From positions 1 through 64,000 of IMG/VR virus record IMGVR_UViG_3300020474_002475: 64,000 nt of DNA, one strand, 5' to 3'. Under the pieces are notes generated by a model, which ran no database searches, had not been told where the DNA came from, and was given only the letters and a program-made list of their open reading frames with translations. Shown one piece after another: positions 1 through 8,400 of the stretch; the stretch's first letter is position 1, and each line of letters starts with the position of its first letter. This DNA comes from a virus. A program made the position numbers and the translations under genes.

Positions 1-245
1 CAAGTCCTCCTCCATCTCCGCCACCAGCAAGTCCACCGCCAGCACCTCCACCCGCACCTCCGCCTTCTCCTCCGCCTTCTCCTCCGCCATCTCCACCGCC
101 AGCACCTCCGCCATCTCAACCTCCTTCTCCACCATCTCCAGCACCACCAGCAGCACCACCAGTATCGCCACCAATACCGATACCACCACAGCCACCAGTA
201 CCACCTCCTCCGCCTCCACCTCCACCGCCACCGCCTCCTCCACCA
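1..245 (+). repeat. Low-complexity CCN-rich tract encoding SPPP/APPP repeats
   Basis: Imperfect repeats such as tctcctccgcct, in frame with the upstream part of the first CDS. Confidence 0.9.
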
Positions 246-1700
246 GTAGAGTTTGTTGAATGCTGTGATAATACTGTTAAAATAGATTATAAAAATAAGA
301 TTGATAAAAAACCATTAGCAAGATTATACGGACTAGATAAAAACCAAATATATTATATCAGAGTATCTGCTAAAAATTATGCTGGTACTGGATCTAGATC
401 AGACCCATTAATGGTTAAATATCATTTGACCGAACCTTTTCCTGAGTGCTTACGGGGTGAGGAAAGCCAAGCGGACAGTTCTCACTACTGTCCAAGCTCT
501 CCCGAAACATACAACCAAAAACTATCTTGTGACCAACAACCTGTTTGCAACAAGCCATGTAAACCAGATTCTATAAAGGCGTCTGTAGAAAATAATTATA
601 TACTATTACAGTGGGATCATCCTGTTAATGATGGCGGTTGTGATATTTTTAATTATAATATTAGAATATATTATTGCCCCGATTATTGCTCAGAACCTAA
701 TGATAATTTAAACATTGCTGATGAGTGTGTTCCGGTTGCGTCTCCACCGCCACCTCCTCCACCGCCACCTCCTCCACCGCCACCTCCTCCACCACCTCCA
801 CCTTCTCCTCCACCTCCACCACCAGCTGGTCCGCCGCCAGGTAATCCACCGGCAATTAGCCCACCACCAGCACCTCCACCGCCACCTCCTCCACCCCCAT
901 CGCCACCTCCGGGTGTACAGTTCGGGTTTGCTGGTGTAGATGGTAATCTAAACGTGCTCCACCACCACCACACGTCTTTTACTCCAAATATCGGCATTGA
1001 GATTCAACAATGGACGACAGTGGATCCAGACCTTTATGGTTTGACCATTTATGAATCAGACTCCGTGTGCGGATCTCAATCCCTTAATGTAGGCCAGTTA
1101 GCAAGGTTTCCAGCAGACGGTCGATTCGGTGGCAGAGCCATATACAATCCAGATGTCTTCAAATTTGTTGGCTCGTCGCAGACAGCTCTTTCAAATACAA
1201 TTGATTTGCGTGATGGCCTGACATTCAGTTATTGGTTCAAGTTTCCATTTGCCGTATCTCAAATTAGCACGTATTCGCCAGGATTCGCTTCCTCTGTAAG
1301 CTCCACACCCAACACGCAGTCGATAATACCTGTCAGTTGGCAAACAGATCCAGACGGCACGCCATTCTGGTCTTTTGGTACAGGATTTAGTTCCTTAATT
1401 GCGGCACCAAATCTTATTGATAATATATGGCATAATTTTACTTATTGCTTTGAGCCAAAAACCTGCAAAATGCAATTTTTTCTAGACGGAAAGTCTCAAG
1501 GTACGGTTATAGGTGCCAATGCTGGCAAACCCATTAGCATGTTATATTTAGCTAGTGATCTGGGAGGAGGGTTGCCTTATGTAGAAAGACAAGCATTCAT
1601 GGACTCGATATTCCTGCTCAATCGTGTGTTGTACACAAGCGACTTCACGCCTGTTGTATGTAACCCCACCATCTCCATCTCCTCCAATAGTTTGGAATAG
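3..1700 (+). CDS. 5'-truncated proline-rich virion/fibre-like protein with fibronectin type III half-domains and a C-terminal LamG/concanavalin A-like domain
   Basis: The frame of ORF 411..1700 stays open back to the window start (SPPPSPPPASPPP...). FN3 C-terminal signature GLDKNQIYYIRVSAKNYAGTG at ~330-395; FN3 N-terminal signature ILLQWDHPVNDGGCDIFNYNI at ~600-665; LamG-like LTFSYWFK...IWHNFTYCF...MQFFLDGK...MDSIFLLNRVL. Confidence 0.8.
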   Translation, partial: SPPPSPPPASPPPAPPPAPPPSPPPSPPPSPPPAPPPSQPPSPPSPAPPAAPPVSPPIPIPPQPPVPPPPPPPPPPPPPPPVEFVECCDNTVKIDYKNKIDKKPLARLYGLDKNQIYYIRVSAKNYAGTGSRSDPLMVKYHLTEPFPECLRGEESQADSSHYCPSSPETYNQKLSCDQQPVCNKPCKPDSIKASVENNYILLQWDHPVNDGGCDIFNYNIRIYYCPDYCSEPNDNLNIADECVPVASPPPPPPPPPPPPPPPPPPPPSPPPPPPAGPPPGNPPAISPPPAPPPPPPPPPSPPPGVQFGFAGVDGNLNVLHHHHTSFTPNIGIEIQQWTTVDPDLYGLTIYESDSVCGSQSLNVGQLARFPADGRFGGRAIYNPDVFKFVGSSQTALSNTIDLRDGLTFSYWFKFPFAVSQISTYSPGFASSVSSTPNTQSIIPVSWQTDPDGTPFWSFGTGFSSLIAAPNLIDNIWHNFTYCFEPKTCKMQFFLDGKSQGTVIGANAGKPISMLYLASDLGGGLPYVERQAFMDSIFLLNRVLYTSDFTPVVCNPTISISSNSLE

Positions 1701-1743
1701 TGTATTAACTGAAAATACTGATATGAAAAGTGTATAGAATAAT

Positions 1744-2430
1744 ATGATTATAGAAGAATTTAGAAATCCACAAGAAGACCCATTTAGCCTACTTAATGTG
1801 TGTAGAAAATGCGGACCTAAGATTAATCCTTGTGATAATATATATGAAGCTCTAACGGTAAGAGTATCAGCTGGTCCTGCACAAGGACATAGATGCAATC
1901 GTGCTATATTTGACGCATTTATACTTGACTTTTTGCAAACACAGGAAAGAGGTAAGCCCGTTTGGAGGTATATTCGTAGAACAAATTTTAATAATAATCC
2001 TCCTCCTCCAGGTCAAGGTAAGCAAGTTGAATACGATATTGAATTACCACAAGAATTAGTAGAATCAGTAAATGCAGGTAAAGAAGGCAGGGAAAACTGT
2101 TGTCTTTTAGATATAAAACTAGTACCTGGACCATGGCCTGAGCCTATAACTTTACCGTATGAACAAGAGACGTTGTTAGAAGGCGGTATTGGTATGACAG
2201 AATTTGGTACTGACATATATTTACCTCCTCTTGGTCAAGATAGTATGATTTTAGCTACAAGAACTGGTTTATCGGTTCATAATAATATTGTAAATACCGC
2301 AGTATTTAGAACAAGCGATACTGTCTTATTGGCTCCACCTTTTACTTGGCAGGGACAAAAGCCTATTGACCTATGCGTAGGATTTGACAATCCAGATTTA
2401 TCAAGAGATCCAATAGAGGTTGTTATATAA
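1744..2430 (+). CDS. Hypothetical protein, probably virion/fibre-associated
   Basis: 228-aa ORF between two fibre-like genes; its stop overlaps the next ATG (TAATG). Confidence 0.7.
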   Translation: MIIEEFRNPQEDPFSLLNVCRKCGPKINPCDNIYEALTVRVSAGPAQGHRCNRAIFDAFILDFLQTQERGKPVWRYIRRTNFNNNPPPPGQGKQVEYDIELPQELVESVNAGKEGRENCCLLDIKLVPGPWPEPITLPYEQETLLEGGIGMTEFGTDIYLPPLGQDSMILATRTGLSVHNNIVNTAVFRTSDTVLLAPPFTWQGQKPIDLCVGFDNPDLSRDPIEVVI

Positions 2431-5400
2431 TGGAAGATATGAATATTAATTCCGAATCTATTATTAGTAAAATAGGGCCTACAGGAATAGCTACCACAGG
2501 AATATTAGATTTAAAACAAACAGAATTATTACAAAATTTAACAGAAGGTAGCCTCCAAGAACCTGAAAAAGTATTTAATTCAAGTCAGAAACAATGCTGT
2601 ATTCCTTCGAGTCCTCCGCCTAATCCGCCAGCCCCTCCTGCGGTGAGTCCTTCTCCATCACCTCCAGTTGGTAATCCAAAACAAGATGTGGCTGGTTGTG
2701 TAGAAATGTTTTCGATATACTATAGCCAGAATCAACGGTTTTTAAACACACAAGATCCATTAGAAACAGTCACTTTAAACTACAAAATACAATTTAGAGA
2801 TGGTATATATGACCCCAATGACAAAATCTGGCCAACTGACGGGAACAGAGTAATTTTGTATATAGAAGCTCTTGAAGGAGTAAAAGAACTATTCGACCCT
2901 CATAATATACCAACAACATACCCTAAACAAATAGATTTAAATAATTTAGTCCAGCACTCAAGCCTACAACCGGGCCAACCGCTACCTCCAATAGCACATC
3001 CTCTTTTTCAATTTCCCCCACCATATGTTGGAACAATCTTGAAATGTAACTATGACAGGCTACAAGGAGCAACAGGCCCGACAGATCCTTCTGATAGAGT
3101 AGAATGCGGCACCCTAAGTGGCGGTCAAAATCTTGCTCCTCAGATAATTGAATTTACACAATTTACTATAAAATCTGAAGGAGCAACACCAAACAACAAA
3201 AGAACCTTAACAATTAGAGGTATTATAAGAGATAATAGATTTTACATACCTCAGCCTGGCATAACTAGTTGTGGATATACAGATGGTACGCAGGTTGAAT
3301 TTGACTTAGTGTTTTATGCTGATCAAATACATAGACATTATAAGGATTGGGGATTACAAACTGATCCCGGTGGAGGACAACAACAAAGTAGAATTTCAGA
3401 ATGGGCTACCTACAGGAATAGATCTACAATAGATGGAATACCTTTGAATCCAATAGATCAAGTAATTGAAGCTGCTAGTTTGACGATAGGTAGTGACGAG
3501 GTAAAATGCATACCTGCACTTCCTAGTCCCCCTCGACCTCCTGATCCTATATGCTTAGAATCAATAAGTATTGAGCATTCAAGAAGAGCAAGGGTTGCCA
3601 CAAGCACAAATTACGCAGTCACTAGCTTTATTTTGGACATTTCTTTTCGTAGAGGCTCAATTGATATTACAAGTGGTAAAGCAAGCAATGACTACAGTAA
3701 AAAATCATTTAAAATAGAAACATCATTTTCTTTAGCTCCTATATTTGGAAGAATTTCTAGTGATCAAAGTCCATGGGCCATACCAAGCGACGACCCTCCC
3801 GATTTTACAGGAATAAGTGCTGCAGATATAGGACTGACTTTTAAAAAAGAAGATAAAGCCTCGCATGATGCGGGTCATAACTGCGGTAGTGTTGCGTCAA
3901 AGTTAGACGTTTGGGAAATAGCTAGAGATCCACAAAGCAATCATATTATAAAATACACAGCTAAAGGAAAAATAGATAGTCCACAGGCTGGGGCCGATAG
4001 TATTTGTGAAACTCTAGACACCCCATTTAGTATAGAATTATCGTTAGATACCAAAAGCCTTACCAAAACTTCTGCACAAAGTATAGGTACCATACCTACT
4101 GACGGAGGAATTTGGCAACCAAGTGAATTGGGTCAGGAAGCATGGGAAATCTGCTTAATTAAAGCTGTAAATGATTTGCAAATAACTATTGGTGGGGATG
4201 TTTTCACTTATAATGATAATGTTTTAGGATGCGCACCACCAAGTCCTCCGCCAGCTAGTCCACCACCAGCTAGTCCACCACCAGCTAGTCCACCACCAGC
4301 TAGTCCACCACCAACTAGTCCACCACCAGCTAGTCCACCGCCACCTCCACCTCCTCCACCAGAAGTTGGCACTCCAACATGCTTAGGTCCACTTGTTGTG
4401 GACGATAATATTATTGATGTTACTTTTGAGACTGTTCGGGATATATATGGTCAATATAGCTATAAGTATGTTTTTGAGGGATTGTCTAGTAAAGATCATG
4501 TATTTAAAGCTAGTCCTGGTATTTATGTATTTAAGATTCCATCTACCCACCCAATTGCATTTCATACAAACAGTAATGTAACTTACTATGGAGGTGTTAC
4601 CCCGTATAAAAAGATAGCTTTAGATGGTCAATATAGGGAATATCATACTGGTACTGTAACGGTAACTGTTGATGGTGACTTTGGCACTATATCATATGAG
4701 TGTTATTATCATGGATATATGGGCGGACAAAATAATCTAGTATATGATTCTACTTGTCCACGTCCAGCACCAGGTGAACGAGGCGTAATATGTTTACAGG
4801 GACTCGGAAGCAGCGGTCATACGGCCGGGGGCGGTGTTGATGTTACTGTAGTTAATCAAGATGGAAATAAATATGCTTTTAGTGACCGTGACAATCCTAG
4901 TGTTTGGTCTAGTAGAGATTATAAATTTCAACTTAGAGAGGGTGTTTATAGATTTAGGGGTGTTCCAGAGAGCCACCCAATCGCCTTTCATACAAATAGT
5001 AATCGTGTAACTTATCGGGGCATTAGTTCAAATCTAGTACCTGTTACTAAAATCGCTTTAGATGGTCAATTAAGAGATTATTATTATGGTGTGGTGGAGC
5101 TAACTGTTAATGGTCCCTTCGATACTATGTCGTATGAGTGTTATAATCATGGCTACATGGGCGGAGAAAATAATCTAGAATATAATGCTAGTTGTCGAGA
5201 TCCCAATGCGCCTCCGCCATCACCTCCTCCTCCAGCTCCACCTGCTCCGCTCCCTCCAGTAGCATGCGAAGATTATATTCTTAAAATGGATATGGAGAAT
5301 TTAAGTGATTCTTCAAAACATAATCATACAATATCAACAGTAGGTAATCCAACAATAGATAGTAGTATTAAAAAAGTTGGAAACCACAGTCTTAAATTTA

Positions 5401-8400
5401 ATACCTGGCCACAAGCTGTAAACATAGATACACTAGATATAATTGCACATAATAATCAAAGCGCTTGTGCTAGTCGTTTTACAATTCAATTTTGGGTTTA
5501 TTTTACTGCTTTTAATCGACCCACATCAAGCACCGGTCTTTATTCTCCAAGTACTAATATTATTCTTGGCAATTCAATAAACTCCGCAGAAAATTACTCA
5601 GGAGTTGGATCTCAGTATACAAGCCCAGGTAACTTTTCAATATTTTTAGTTGAGTTCAATGGTGAACATACTATGCATATGGAGGTTCTAGGAAGCTGTG
5701 AAGTCAGGACCAACCGAGTTAGTGTTTTTAATACTGAGCGGATTCAAAAAAACAAATGGTATCATGTCGCCATATCTAGATTTCGTGATGTTGAACGAGA
5801 CTCTCTAGTTACTAAAATGTTTATAAATGGTAAGTGCAGAGGCTATAGGTTTGACGGTAGCGATCATAGTCACATTGACTATAAGGATTATCTTTTAGGA
5901 AATGGATATAGTGGAAACCCTTTGACTCAAACCAAGTTAGCCATAGGATTCGAAGGCACCACATTACCGGGGCCTGGCCCTAACACATATGTAGACGCAA
6001 AAAATTTCATAGGAAGCATTGATCAGCTAGAAATATTGGACAAAGGCTTGTATACACGAGATTTTGATGTTAACGAAATTGTATATAACGATTGTGATTC
6101 CTCTCCATCTCCACCCCCACCGCCACCATCTCCACCTCCATCGCCACCTCCGGTTCCTATTTCACCACCAACCCCAGAAACCCCACCTCCATCTTTTGGT
6201 GCTGGAACATTCATAAAGTTTGAAACAAATGCCCCGGATGGAAACAAAAACTTCTATGTTAAGTTAACAGAAAATACCCCTAAAACAAAAGAAAACTTTT
6301 TAAAGTATGTAACAAGCGGAAGATACAACAATACATTTTTCCATCGCTCTCTACCTCCAATGCCATCACAAAACACAGCCCACCTTACACTTATTCAGGG
6401 AGGCGGCTATAACGCACCTGTTGTTCCTTCTACTGATGCTGGCAGCAATCCTACGATGATACATAGATATGGAACAGTTGTCAACGAACCGGGCAATTCG
6501 AATGTTAAAGGTTCTATAGCAATGGCTAAATTGGGCGGTCAACCGAATAGTGCATCAAGTCAATTCTATATTAATACTAAAGATAATGTGCCTTGGTTAA
6601 ACGTAGATAACGGAGGATACACAGTATTTGGTAATGTAGTACACGGCATGGATGTTGTTCACAAGATGAATAATGCAGAAACATACGACGCCACAATATT
6701 TTACGGGATGCAGGGTTTTTCGGATATGCCCTTGTGGAGGTACGAAAAGCGTACCAACATAGTACGGCCGGACGATTTTGTGAAGATTTTAAAAGTTAGC
6801 ATATATACACCATCGGCTGCTCCTCCACCTCCTAGCCCACCTCCAGCTAGTCCGCCGCCTGCACCACCAGTTCCTATTTCAATAGCAAATTTTAATGCTA
6901 TGGTATTAAATTCAGCTGATTTTTTTGATCTGCCAACAGCTATGTACAGTCAAGCGGTTGTTCCTAGTACAGCACCCGATTATAAGCAATGTTTATTTAC
7001 ATACCAGTTGACACAACCAAAAGACGTAGCGGTTACACAAATACAAATATATGCAAATACAATAGAAGATGACGGAAGTGTGCAGGCAGCATTGAGAACA
7101 GTTTTTGATAATCCTCTTGTCAATGGCAACGATGCTGGTAAATATACTGCTGGTGAATCAATGAATTACCAAGAAGTTATTGTAATTCCTGAACAAAACA
7201 ATAATCGCGTTCTTAATGTTCGATTTTTAGCCAACGTTTTGTTTGAAAGTGGTATATCACAAAATATCAACGCTCTTGATCGGCCCTATAGTAGACGACA
7301 AAGGTTTAAGATAAGATACAAGTATCGTATGTCTAACGATACCACTGATAGATGGACCCCGTTTATAGAGAGTAATATTGTAGACCCAGATAATATTAAC
7401 GATCAGTATTTTAATGATCAGACACAGATTGATTCTTCTCCAAGATGGACTACGAGTACCGAAGCTACGCCGATAGTTAAAGATCCATCTTTATACGTAA
7501 AAAGAAATCTTACTGATGATAATGCTGAGTTAGAATTAAAAGTAACAATTCCAAATATCTCAGGTCGAGCTGGAACTACTGAAGCTAAAAACTTTAATTT
7601 AAGAATAGAAACAAAAAGTCACGAAAATAGAGATTGGCGTTATCGTAATGATCCAATATCTCGAACTACAAATAAATGGACAGGGAAGCCCATACCTAAC
7701 AGAGGATTAGTAGTAAAAGAAGGACAAACTAAAACATTTACAATACCATTTACTTTTACAAATTGGATGCAATATAAAAGTCAAGAATTTAGAATACGTA
7801 TTGAAGAAAATATTATAGATAATGGATATATTAATACTCAAAATTTTTCTAATCAGTATCAAGGCAAATGGCTTGTAGAAAATAAAAACAATGATGCATG
7901 GATGTACAAACCAAACGCTAGATTACCAGAAAACTTTTTGGTAGGCCCGTGGTATTATTTTAACAATACATACAGTAATAGAAATGGACCTTTTAAGACT
8001 GCGCCCCCAAGTCCACCACCAGCATCTCCACCCCCTGCACCCACTTCAAATCTTTACGCACAGTTTTGGGATGGGTATTTCTGGCCCAACTTTTTGGGAA
8101 ACACAGTAGTAGAAGGACATTTTCCTGATCATCCAAGGCCACCAGGCGTAACAATAACATATAAAAAGCCTACTATTATTCAAACGTATTATACATCTTC
8201 ATTTCAATGGAATCAAGACCCATATCCTTTTACAGGAGCCATGGGAGACATTGGATGTTTTGCTTTAGGTTCAAATACAGCAATAGAGGTTTATGAGACT
8301 GTTGAGGATGCTGAAAATAATCGTAACATGCTAGGATTTGTTGCTGGCCCTTTAATTTATGAAACCAGCAGAGGCGGGTCTAAATATTTGTATGATAATC

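Noticed and set aside
683-997. Gly-rich minus-strand ORF and His/Leu-rich alternative-frame ORF (715..939)
   Set aside because: These are shadows of the CCN proline tract; the same applies to 6023..6247 and the other short antisense ORFs in the track
4251-4340. Tandem repeat considered as a CRISPR array
   Set aside because: No spacers; it is an in-frame coding repeat
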